The notes: a model not told the origin generated them from the sequence alone. DNA of 34,856 nt from an uncultured virus (IMG/VR IMGVR_UViG_3300045815_000012) (IMGVR_UViG_3300045815_000012), one strand, 5' to 3'. Shown: positions 26,295-34,835, numbered from the stretch's first letter. A program made the numbers and translations.

Positions 26295-27233
26295 ATGAAA
26301 AAACTAACGATTGTATTCTTACTCTGCTCTACCCTGCTCTTATCAGCATGTTCGGGCGATAAGAAGGCTGATACGACTGATTCGACTAGAACTAAACTTA
26401 CAACGAGTAGTTCAACTCAGAAAAAAGAAGCGATAAGTTTGGATTCTATATTGGAAAAGTTCAAGGATGATGGATTAACAGTTGATGAGGCTAAATCCAT
26501 GAACAAGGAAGATTTCGGTATGGCTCCAATGTCTGCTAAAGAAGCGAAGATTTTTGGTATTCAAAAAGATGATTCAGGCGACTACATGAATGGCAGAATT
26601 TTTCTGTTTGAAAAAGAAAAAGACCTAACTAAAACAAAAGACTATTATGATGAACTTGGTAAAGAGTCGGCAATGGCCTTCTCTTACACTGCAGCAAATG
26701 AAAAGAAATTAGTTCTAATGCAGTTCAATGGAGATTTACCTCAGGATCTAGTTCAAAAATATGCTGACTCTGCTGAACTCGAGTTTACTCATTCTAATTT
26801 CACTAGTTCACATGATTCAACAAGTAACTCTAGCAAGCAAAGCAACGGTAACTTGACTAACAATACCAATACACAATCTTCAGCGTCACAGGGCCTAGGC
26901 TATGGTGATCATAATGCGAACATTAGAGACGCAAGGTATCAAGAAGCTATTGAAAAAGGCGCTACTGAACAAGAAGCTACTGATTTTGCAAACGGAAGCG
27001 AGCCAACATACGTTCCAAAAACTCCTGAACCATCTGCGGACGCACAAGGTTCTAGCGCTCAACAAGATGCCGACACCTTATCTCTTACAGACTTTGTAAA
27101 TAAGTACGGCATGTCACCTGCAGCTTGGAAAGTGCAAAATGGAATGTCAGAGGAAGAAGCGTTAAGAAGCACCCAAAATCTTACCTCTGGTGAGATGCAA
27201 CTCGCCTTTTCGAAGTACGGAATTCAGAAGTAA
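26295..27233 (+). CDS. Lipoprotein (possible superinfection exclusion)
   Basis: Lipobox LSAC after a signal peptide; Ser/Thr-rich linkers; located in the lysogeny module. Confidence 0.8.
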   Translation: MKKLTIVFLLCSTLLLSACSGDKKADTTDSTRTKLTTSSSTQKKEAISLDSILEKFKDDGLTVDEAKSMNKEDFGMAPMSAKEAKIFGIQKDDSGDYMNGRIFLFEKEKDLTKTKDYYDELGKESAMAFSYTAANEKKLVLMQFNGDLPQDLVQKYADSAELEFTHSNFTSSHDSTSNSSKQSNGNLTNNTNTQSSASQGLGYGDHNANIRDARYQEAIEKGATEQEATDFANGSEPTYVPKTPEPSADAQGSSAQQDADTLSLTDFVNKYGMSPAAWKVQNGMSEEEALRSTQNLTSGEMQLAFSKYGIQK

Positions 27234-27321
27234 TTGATTTCCAATAACTCTGGTAAGTTTGTTTAACTGGTGGCTACTTCTACCTGCCATAATTGGGAGT
27301 TAAAATGATTTTTTTTGGAGG

Positions 27322-28566
27322 ATGCATATGGCAACTTTGTTAGTGTTAGTAGGATTTTTTGGATTTATTTTTGGTGTAGTAAGACTAATTAGAGCGTTTT
27401 TCAAGAAAACACCTAAGAAGCCAGAACTTTTAATTATTCTTGGTACTGTTATTGTATTTTTTGCTGGTGGAACTCTCTTAGAACCATCTGAACAAAAGTC
27501 AGCAGAAACAACCATAAGCAGCACACAGCAAAGTAAAACTGGAAACAAATCTTCATCCAGCTCTAGTGAAACAAAAAAAGAACAAGACAAATCTTCGGAT
27601 GAAAAGAATAAGCAAAAACAAGCACTTATCTCTTTTAATGATCGTGTGAAGCAAGATAATACTAATCTTGCAAATATGGAATACAATGGCACGCAAACGA
27701 TTGAAATTAATGATAATAATCCAACGTTTTCGGAAGATGATTTATCTTTGGCCAATAAAGCTTGGGAAAAATACGGGGACCTTGATCAACTAAACCGTGC
27801 TACTTCTGCCGAAGCTATGCTGAATCAATCATTGATGCCTGCAGCTAAACGTGGAGATATTTCTAATGTTAAGCCTACTGGCTGGCATAATAAGAAAATT
27901 GGTAAAGGATATCTCTATAATCGATCTCATTTGATTGGCTATACCCTTTCTGGTGAAAACGATAATTGGAAGAATCTGATCACAGGAACAGCACAGTTAA
28001 ATAATCCAGAGATGCTTCGCTATGAAATGGATATAAAATATTATCTGGAAAAAAGTAAAGATAACTATGTACGGTACTCAGTAACTCCTGTATTCCGTGG
28101 TGATGAATTACTTGCTCGCGGCGTTCATTTAATGGCTCAATCAATTAAATCTGACGACATTAAATTTAATGTTTATATCTTCAATGTACAAGATGATGTA
28201 ACTTTGAATTATTTAGATGGAACAAGCCAAACTAAAAGCGAGATTCTTGCTGCTCAACAAAAAGAAGAAGAAAGAAAAAATGCTGAAATTAAAGCTCAAC
28301 AAGCTGCTGAAGAACAACAGCGAATTGAAGCTCAAAAGCAAGCTGAGGCAGCTCAAAGCGCAGCGAATGAACAACAAGCAGCCGCTACTCAAACAAATGG
28401 TCCAGAATACGTTGATGCCAACGGGAACGGATTAATCAAAGGTTCTAACAACGGAATATATCACGTTCCAGGGAGCAGATATTATGATAAAACAACTAAT
28501 CCAGCAGCTTTGTTTAAAACAGTTGATGAAGCTGAAAGAGCCGGATATCGCGCTCCTAGAAATTAG
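27322..28566 (+). CDS. Membrane-anchored DNA/RNA non-specific endonuclease (EndA/streptodornase-like)
   Basis: Two N-terminal TMs; [25 protein letters not shown] and YSVTPVF motifs; C-terminal [19 protein letters not shown] domain. Confidence 0.88.
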   Translation: MHMATLLVLVGFFGFIFGVVRLIRAFFKKTPKKPELLIILGTVIVFFAGGTLLEPSEQKSAETTISSTQQSKTGNKSSSSSSETKKEQDKSSDEKNKQKQALISFNDRVKQDNTNLANMEYNGTQTIEINDNNPTFSEDDLSLANKAWEKYGDLDQLNRATSAEAMLNQSLMPAAKRGDISNVKPTGWHNKKIGKGYLYNRSHLIGYTLSGENDNWKNLITGTAQLNNPEMLRYEMDIKYYLEKSKDNYVRYSVTPVFRGDELLARGVHLMAQSIKSDDIKFNVYIFNVQDDVTLNYLDGTSQTKSEILAAQQKEEERKNAEIKAQQAAEEQQRIEAQKQAEAAQSAANEQQAAATQTNGPEYVDANGNGLIKGSNNGIYHVPGSRYYDKTTNPAALFKTVDEAERAGYRAPRN

Positions 28567-28571
28567 TACTG

Positions 28572-28600
28572 CCTCCCCACCTAACTCTGCAAGTTCGATT
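28572..28600 (+). repeat. Truncated copy of the tRNA-like element
   Basis: CCTCCCCACCTAACTCTGCAAGTTCGATT aligns ungapped with 28789-28817. Confidence 0.6.
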
Positions 28601-28629
28601 AGATCCAAAAAGAAAGAAGGTGAATCGAA

Positions 28630-28782
28630 ATGTCAGATGAAGAAATTAGAAAAGCGGCTCACGATCTAGCGATCATTTATTTGGAAAAAGTGGACTTAGA
28701 TCACAAATCTGCCAAGCAAGTAGCTAACTACTACGTGCAAGCGAAAAAAGACATTGAAAAAGTTTTACGAGAAAAAGATTAG
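28630..28782 (+). CDS. Small 50-aa protein (not in ORF track)
   Basis: GAAGGTG RBS; MSDEEIRKAAHDLAIIYLEKVDLDHKSAKQVANYYVQAKKDIEKVLREKD*. Confidence 0.7.
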   Translation: MSDEEIRKAAHDLAIIYLEKVDLDHKSAKQVANYYVQAKKDIEKVLREKD

Positions 28783-28790
28783 CTCTACCC

Positions 28791-28830
28791 TCCCCGCCTG
28801 GCGCCGCCGGTTCGATTCCGGTTCGGGGAA
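28791..28830 (+). ncRNA. tRNA-like minihelix (acceptor stem + T-arm only)
   Basis: TCCCCG pairs with CGGGGA; T-arm GCCGG-TTCGATT-CCGGT; an 8-nt linker replaces the D and anticodon arms. Confidence 0.55.
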
Positions 28831-28862
28831 TAAAAAATGCAGTGAAGTGAAAGGAAATTTAT

Positions 28863-30629
28863 ATGGCTTGGAAGAATCCACAACATTATTATATTTCAAA
28901 TGCAACTTTTGAGAATTTTAGAATCATCAACAATATCAATTTTAAACCAGCGAAACATTTAAATATTTTAGCGGGAAAAAACGGGACTGCAAAATCAACG
29001 ATTCTTGGTATGATTGCACAAGGCTTCTCATTTAATCCAAAAATTATTTATGACATATCAAAAACAGAGTATGAAACTATTAATTCGAAAACAAACCCCA
29101 CCCCTGCTGAAATAGAAAAGATGCAACTATTCGAGAGTATTACTACTTATAATGAGAAAAATTTTGAATCCCGTGCAGATGAACACTTCAAGCTTTCGAC
29201 AGCAGATGTTAAAAGGAAAAGGCATGCCTCTATTACCATGAAAGCAAATCAGAACAATAAGCCAGACATCAATTACTTAATTGAAAGCAATGATTATGCT
29301 GATCGTCGAAATCCTAGATTAGTTACCAGAAGAATAAACAATATAGATGAAAGTTCTACGGATACTTCATCTTCAAATATTATATTTCCAGTGATATATC
29401 TTGGCTTAAAAAGAGTTAATCCGATTGTTCAAGAACGAGGACTAAAGGAAAAAAACTATGGATTACCTGAATCCGATATTGAAGAAATTTTTGATTTATA
29501 TCAATCAATTTTATTAAAAAAATACAATTCTAATTTTATTGGAATTAGTAATAATAACGATAAGAGGACTGCTGCCTTTATTCCTAAAGAAAGATCCATC
29601 GAAATGATTTCCTCTGGAGAGGATAACATTGGACAAATCTTACTGGCATTATATTCATTTAAAAAACTTAAAAAAAATTATGATGAATATTCTGGTGGAA
29701 TTTTGTTAATTGATGAAATTGACGTCACTTTATATCCAGCAGCACAAATAAGGTTATTAAAAATACTATATAGCAAGGCAAAAGAATTTGGTATCCAAAT
29801 TTTTTGCACTACACATTCACTTGAACTAATAGAGTACGCAATGGACTTAAAATTAAGTCCAAATAATAGAAATTTAATTGAGTTGTTTAATCTAAATATC
29901 GAACATCGTGATCTAGGCATTATGCCTATCACCAACATAAATACGATAAAAAATCAGTTTTTTGTCGCAGCCGAAAAGGAAATGAGTAGTGAAAAAATTC
30001 CTGTATACTTTGAAGATAAAGAAGCAATCTATGTTTTTAAAGGGCTAGTTACTAAGAAGAAAATTCTGTCATATTTAAATATTCAAAACAGTTTTTCTCT
30101 CGGTTGCACAGAATTATTAAAATTGCACAAATTTAAAATCCCTGAATTCAACGCTAGATCAATTGTCTGTTTGGATGGAGACAATGTCGCACCAAAAAAT
30201 ATTAAAAATTATATAAATCTACCATCTGAAAATAAATATCCTCCAGAACGATTTGTTTTTGAAATACTTGACGATAATAATTCTGAGTACTGGGATAATA
30301 CCAAAAATTATTCCCACGAAATATTTATGAATAATCCACATTACGACATTATCAAACGTATCTTGCGTGATACATACGCAAATGATGATGGCCCATATAA
30401 CATTGTCCATTCTGATTATTATAAAAAGAAACCTCGTGAAGTTTGGAAAATGTGGTTTAAACACGAACAATTAAATTGGAAAGGCCCTAACAATCCCGTT
30501 AAGTTTTGGAAAAGTAAAAACAATCTATCTCCAAGTCTCGAAAAATTCTATGAGGATTTAAAGAAATCAATCGAATATGTTGCAAATAAAAGTGGTATTG
30601 ACATTAGCGATATTGAACATCTATTGTAA
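28863..30629 (+). CDS. ABC-type ATPase fused to TOPRIM-like nuclease domain (OLD/PARIS-like)
   Basis: Walker A GKNGTAKS, signature SSGE, Walker B ILLIDEID, H-loop TTHS; C-terminal VYFEDKEA, CLDGD (DxD) and PPE. AT-rich. Confidence 0.85.
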   Translation: MAWKNPQHYYISNATFENFRIINNINFKPAKHLNILAGKNGTAKSTILGMIAQGFSFNPKIIYDISKTEYETINSKTNPTPAEIEKMQLFESITTYNEKNFESRADEHFKLSTADVKRKRHASITMKANQNNKPDINYLIESNDYADRRNPRLVTRRINNIDESSTDTSSSNIIFPVIYLGLKRVNPIVQERGLKEKNYGLPESDIEEIFDLYQSILLKKYNSNFIGISNNNDKRTAAFIPKERSIEMISSGEDNIGQILLALYSFKKLKKNYDEYSGGILLIDEIDVTLYPAAQIRLLKILYSKAKEFGIQIFCTTHSLELIEYAMDLKLSPNNRNLIELFNLNIEHRDLGIMPITNINTIKNQFFVAAEKEMSSEKIPVYFEDKEAIYVFKGLVTKKKILSYLNIQNSFSLGCTELLKLHKFKIPEFNARSIVCLDGDNVAPKNIKNYINLPSENKYPPERFVFEILDDNNSEYWDNTKNYSHEIFMNNPHYDIIKRILRDTYANDDGPYNIVHSDYYKKKPREVWKMWFKHEQLNWKGPNNPVKFWKSKNNLSPSLEKFYEDLKKSIEYVANKSGIDISDIEHLL

Positions 30630-30675
30630 TAGATTATTGGCCAAAAGACATTTAATTTGATAATATGGAATTGAG

Positions 30676-31560
30676 GTGATCATAATGCCACACACAAAAT
30701 CCCCGCTTAGGTATCCAGGTGGGAAAACTCAGTTATGGAAGTTTGTAGATTCGACAATTAAGCAGAACAATATAATCGCTCCAATCTATTGCGAGCCTTT
30801 TGCGGGTGGGGCCGGGGTGGCCATTGAATTACTTCTTATTAAAAAAGTTGAAGAAATTATCATAAATGATTTTGACCCCGCTATTTATAATTTTTGGAGA
30901 GCTATTATAAATGATACAGATAAATTTATTCAGTTAATCAATACTACTGAAATTTCTATCGAAGAATGGCATAATCAAAAAGAAATATATAGTAATTGCG
31001 GCAGAGTCATAGGCTCATTAGAAGGTGCATTTGCTACCTTCTTTCTGAATCGGACAAACGTTAGCGGTATTATTTCTGGCGGTCCCATTGGTGGACGCAA
31101 TCAAAATGGAAAATACAAAATTGACTGCCGTTTTAATAAGTTAAATCTAATAAAAAAAATCAGAAATATTGCTGAGCAAAAAGACAAAATTCATTTGTAC
31201 AATGAAGATGCTGCAAATCTTGTTGAATTACTAAAAAAAGAGTATCCAAAAGATCGTCTTTTCATTTTCTTTGATCCCCCATACTACGTTCAAGGACAAT
31301 CCTTGTATCTATCTTTTTATAAAAAATATCAACATCAACTTATTAGAGATAAAATATTAAGTATGGATGATTATTATTGGATTTTAACTTATGACAAGGC
31401 TCCACAAATTTCTGAACTCTATTCTAAAGCTGATAAAGGGTTTCAATACTCTTTAAATTATTCAGCTAATAAGAAGCGCGTGGCTAATGAATATATTTTT
31501 GCCAGTTCTGTAACACGCCTACTTTCGACTAATAAAGTTGATCTTCAACCAATTACTTAA
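30676..31560 (+). CDS. Dam-like (D12 class) DNA adenine methyltransferase
   Basis: SPLRYPGGK, EPFAGGA, IIND, FFLNR and DPPYY motifs. Start 30676 or 30685. Confidence 0.92.
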   Translation: MIIMPHTKSPLRYPGGKTQLWKFVDSTIKQNNIIAPIYCEPFAGGAGVAIELLLIKKVEEIIINDFDPAIYNFWRAIINDTDKFIQLINTTEISIEEWHNQKEIYSNCGRVIGSLEGAFATFFLNRTNVSGIISGGPIGGRNQNGKYKIDCRFNKLNLIKKIRNIAEQKDKIHLYNEDAANLVELLKKEYPKDRLFIFFDPPYYVQGQSLYLSFYKKYQHQLIRDKILSMDDYYWILTYDKAPQISELYSKADKGFQYSLNYSANKKRVANEYIFASSVTRLLSTNKVDLQPIT

Positions 31561-31565
31561 AGATT

Positions 31566-31585
31566 AGCCTTCGGGCTTTTCTTTT
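31566..31585 (+). terminator. Terminator after the methylase gene
   Basis: AGCC-TTCG-GGCT followed by TTTCTTTT. Confidence 0.55.
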
Positions 31586-31595
31586 AACATCAAAA

Positions 31596-31609
31596 AGAAC
31601 ATACGTTTG
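31596..31609 (+). promoter_or_regulatory. LexA (Cheo)-like box upstream of int
   Basis: AGAACATACGTTTG versus consensus CGAAC-N4-GTTCG. Confidence 0.45.
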
Positions 31610-31650
31610 TTTACATCAATACCAATCTGAATACAAAAGGAGCGTTTGTT

Positions 31651-32802
31651 ATGAATGGACATGTAAGAAAAATCGGCAACAAATGGCACTATACCATCGA
31701 AATGGCAAAAGTTGGCGGTAAACGTCAGCGTATACAAAAAGGTGGATGGAATACAAAAACTGAGGCACAAGAACATCTAAGAGAAGCGCTGAACGAATAT
31801 AAACGTGGCGGTAAAGTGGATTTAACGGATATTAGTGTTTCTGATTATTTTGATTACTGGTTTGAAAATTATGTTGAGAAGAAACTTAAGTATAATACGC
31901 AAAAAAACTATAAAAATGTAATTGATAAATACGTGAAGCCAGAAATTGGGAAATACCTACTTCAATCAATAGGCCCTGCGAAATTGCAGGAGCTTGTAAA
32001 TAAACTACCTGAAGGATTTAATAAACAGCTCTCAAAACATTCTGTAGAGATTATCTTCACTGTCCTAAAAGGTGCATTTCGAAGAGCAGTCTTCCCTTAT
32101 CAACTAATTAATAGCAATCCAATGGACTATGTCGAAATGCCGGCATTCCCTTCTAAACCAAAACAGTCAAGAGATGATATGAAAATTATAACAATGGATC
32201 AGTACCTTAAAATTTTAGATAACACCCCTATTTCGGATTCTTTTCACATTCCTCTTGTCATTGCTTTCCACACAGGGTTGCGTCGCGGCGAAGTTTGTGG
32301 GATGACCTGGGACAATGTGTCATTTGAAGATCAGACTTTAACTATCACTAAAATTATGTTACAAGACAAGAATGGGATACAAATAGGAACACCCAAAACG
32401 CAGGCTAGTTATCGAACCATCAGTATTGATGACATGCTGCTTGAAGAGTTAAAAAGCCATAAAAAAAGACAATTAGAAAACAGAATGAGATATGGAAAGT
32501 TTTATTATGAAAGTTCATTTGTATGTACTAAAGAAAACGGACAGCCTGTCACACCAAATTCAATAAAATGGTCAGCAAGTAAAATCAAGAAGAATTTAGG
32601 TATTAACTTTAACTTCCATTCTTTGAGACACACGCATGCAACAATGCTCTTAGAGGATGGAGTAAAACCGAAAATTGTTCAAGAAAGACTCGGCCATTCG
32701 AGGATTTCTACTACTATGGATAAATATGTACATGTTACTAAGAAAATGAGAACTGAAGCCGTTGATATTTTCGCCGAACGTCTTCGCCGTTCAATGAACT
32801 AA
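31651..32802 (+). CDS. int: Tyrosine integrase
   Basis: N-terminal arm-binding domain; TGLRRGE, PKT, HSLRHTHAT, LGHS and catalytic Y (MDKYVH). Confidence 0.97.
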   Translation: MNGHVRKIGNKWHYTIEMAKVGGKRQRIQKGGWNTKTEAQEHLREALNEYKRGGKVDLTDISVSDYFDYWFENYVEKKLKYNTQKNYKNVIDKYVKPEIGKYLLQSIGPAKLQELVNKLPEGFNKQLSKHSVEIIFTVLKGAFRRAVFPYQLINSNPMDYVEMPAFPSKPKQSRDDMKIITMDQYLKILDNTPISDSFHIPLVIAFHTGLRRGEVCGMTWDNVSFEDQTLTITKIMLQDKNGIQIGTPKTQASYRTISIDDMLLEELKSHKKRQLENRMRYGKFYYESSFVCTKENGQPVTPNSIKWSASKIKKNLGINFNFHSLRHTHATMLLEDGVKPKIVQERLGHSRISTTMDKYVHVTKKMRTEAVDIFAERLRRSMN

Positions 32803-32823
32803 ATTCGCTCTTTTTCATTAAAA

Positions 32824-33129
32824 ATGTTCGCCCAAATAAAACATCGGGCGAACATTGGGCGAATTTTTATGAAAATCACAATCATTCATAGCGGATATTT
32901 TCAAACAAACCCTTATTTCTTCTTGGGTTCATCCTCATCCATTTTCAGAACGGCCATGAATGCCTCTTATCTTATTTCCTGATTCACAAAGGTTTAAGAG
33001 TTCCTCAAGAGGTTTAATAATACCTAGACAAATATACTTCATCAGGTAACAAATATCAAATTCAAGCTCTAACGATATTGGTGATTACTCATGCAGTTTT
33101 TAGCTTTGGGCGGCGATATGACGAACAAT
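32824..33129. other. attP-type attachment site with replacement lepA 3' end
   Basis: Minus strand 32966-32913 encodes EAFMAVLKMDEDEPKKK*, like the LepA C-terminus. Arm-type GGGCGAACA repeats at 32824-32865, degenerate copies at 33107-33129. Confidence 0.8.
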
Positions 33130-33151
33130 CAAATTTAATAAATTGTTCCCC

Positions 33152-33180
33152 TTCACAACCGGAACATATGTTTGTATGAT
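33152..33180 (+). promoter_or_regulatory. Putative SOS-regulated promoter
   Basis: TTCACA-17-TATGAT with GGAACATATGTTTG (LexA-like) in the spacer. Confidence 0.6.
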
Positions 33181-33208
33181 ATAAATATCTTATTCTAGGG
33201 GTGATCGT

Positions 33209-33463
33209 ATGAAATCGTTAAATGGTATTGTAAGTAGCGTAAAAATTCTTAAGTATTCTGAACGTCCCCTCGTCTATTTTAAGCTTGATGATACTAGCTG
33301 TTTGATTGCTGGTCACTCGTTGAATTTTTTTGCAGATGTAGAGGATGGAATGCGGATCGCTGTTGCTGGCGAGTACAATAGTAGGAAACAGTTCATTGTG
33401 CGGAAATATAGTGTGATCGGAGAAACTAGAATCATGTTAGAGTTAAATCGATTGTCAGTTTAA
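33209..33463 (+). CDS. Small OB-fold-like protein, probably SOS-induced
   Basis: 84 aa beta-rich protein (GIVSSVKILK..PLVYFKL..IAVAGEYNSRKQFIV); GGGGTG RBS. Confidence 0.7.
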   Translation: MKSLNGIVSSVKILKYSERPLVYFKLDDTSCLIAGHSLNFFADVEDGMRIAVAGEYNSRKQFIVRKYSVIGETRIMLELNRLSV

Positions 33464-33517
33464 TTCTAAATTGCTATTGTTCTGATTATTTTTATAAAGT
33501 ATCATATAGAAAGAAAG

Positions 33518-34420
33518 GTGGTAAAAGTGTTGGCAAAGTACGAATTTTCTGTAAGATATGCAGGAGAAGCTTTGGTTGATGGAAGGATTCCTATCAGAGA
33601 CTTGGCTCCTTCTTTGTTAGCTCTTTCTGAAGCCTTTCAAGAAATACAACAGATCACTCATCCATATCAACAACCTGTTTCACTAGATATTAAGGCTTCT
33701 GAAAAAGGATCGTTTATTGTTGATTTAATATTAGCAAATGGAAACGATTTGTTGTCGAGTGCTATTGATTTACTAAATGGAAATGAATCAGAAGCTTTAA
33801 GAAATTTAATTGAACTGGCTACTGGTTTCACAGCAGCAGTTATTTTCATTACCAAAGTAGGTAAAAAGAAAATAAAAAGAAAAAAAGAATTGCCTGAAGG
33901 AGAAGTAAAGATTACTTTGGACGATGAAACTTCAATTACTGTTTCCAAAGATGTTTTTGAAGCATATAGAAATGTTGAATTTAGAAAAACGACTAAGGAA
34001 TTTGTTCGGCCGTTAGAATCAGAAGGTATTGAAGCAATTGAATTTTCAACTGAGAAAAATGCTTCTGTGTCAATATCTAAGCAAGATGTCTCAGCTTTTG
34101 ATGTTCCAGAGATTGAAGATAAAGAATTCCCTTCAACTGAAAGTACTGTATATTTGCAAATTATCAATATTTCATTTGCGAATGAAAAATGGAAACTGAC
34201 TGATGGTAACAAACCTTTTTGGGCAAAAATTGAAGATGAAGAATTTCTCACTTCTATTGAAAATAATCAACAACAATTCGGTGCTAGTGATGCTCTAAAA
34301 GTTATACTGGAGACACAGCAAAAGTTTACTGACAATGGTTTGAAAACGGAGTATTCTGTAAAAAAAGTAATCGAACACATTAAAGGGCCCAAACAATTAA
34401 AATTGGATTTTGAAGAATAA
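33518..34420 (+). CDS. Hypothetical acidic protein (moron-like)
   Basis: ~300 aa with YAGEAL.DG.I..RDLAPSLLAL and GSFIVDL motifs. Followed by terminator TACCTTCTCT/AGAGGAGGTA plus T-run (34435-34463). Confidence 0.8.
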   Translation: MVKVLAKYEFSVRYAGEALVDGRIPIRDLAPSLLALSEAFQEIQQITHPYQQPVSLDIKASEKGSFIVDLILANGNDLLSSAIDLLNGNESEALRNLIELATGFTAAVIFITKVGKKKIKRKKELPEGEVKITLDDETSITVSKDVFEAYRNVEFRKTTKEFVRPLESEGIEAIEFSTEKNASVSISKQDVSAFDVPEIEDKEFPSTESTVYLQIINISFANEKWKLTDGNKPFWAKIEDEEFLTSIENNQQQFGASDALKVILETQQKFTDNGLKTEYSVKKVIEHIKGPKQLKLDFEE

Positions 34421-34474
34421 TCATTCTTTTTGCGTACCTTCTCTAAAAGAGGAGGTATTTTTTATGTACCCTGT

Positions 34475-34546
34475 AGGGCCTTGTAGGACTCGAACCCGCA
34501 TCTTCCGATATGAACCGGAGTATTCTACCAATTGAACTAGGAATAC
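34475..34546 (-). pseudogene. Degenerate tRNA (CAT anticodon, Met/Ile2-like)
   Basis: D-arm TAGTTCAATTGGTAGAATA, anticodon arm TCCGG-TTCATA-TCGGA (6-nt loop), T-arm GCGGG-TTCGAGT-CCTAC. The acceptor stem does not pair. Confidence 0.7.
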
Positions 34547-34591
34547 TCTTAAATAAGGATTATTATTTTTAAAACGTGTTATAATACAGAA

Positions 34592-34656
34592 TAGAACGTC
34601 AGATCTTCCCCACAGTCCACTTCCCCAAGTAACTGTATCTGACGTTCCCTTTTTTT
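34592..34656 (+). ncRNA. Candidate small RNA with two CUUCCCCA motifs
   Basis: Extended -10 TGTTATAAT at 34577-34585; 11-bp stem GAACGTCAGAT/ATCTGACGTTC; terminal T7. Confidence 0.6.
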
Positions 34657-34744
34657 ATGGGCGAGTGACTTCCCATTAAAATTAACTTACCCATAAAACG
34701 TTTACTTTGCAAATGATACACTCATGACAAAGTGATACACTACA

Positions 34745-34835
34745 CAAAGAAACAACCAGCCCGCACACGACTGGTTGCCGATCAAGATGAAACTTAGTTA
34801 TGAAAAAGAAGTAAGTTCTGGCAAAACTTACACAT
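34745..34835 (-). ncRNA. Candidate small RNA
   Basis: Minus-strand hairpin GTAAGTT/AACTTAC, U-rich linker, terminator CAACCAG/CTGGTTG plus TTTCTTT. Confidence 0.35.

Noticed and set aside
28484..28669. Track ORF of 61 aa bridging the nuclease gene end
   Set aside because: Out-of-frame overlap without RBS; the 28630..28782 ORF has a good RBS and explains the interval better.
28791..28830. Functional tRNA gene
   Set aside because: No D-arm or anticodon arm; only about 40 nt.
24595..31560. Complete type I or type II R-M system
   Set aside because: No HsdM, HsdS or helicase motor, and the HsdR_N gene is 5 kb from the Dam-like gene; the link is unproven.
24228..34251. Minus-strand ORFs in the lysogeny region (e.g. 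27300..27755, 29678..29938, 33667..34251)
   Set aside because: Antisense shadows of plus-strand genes.
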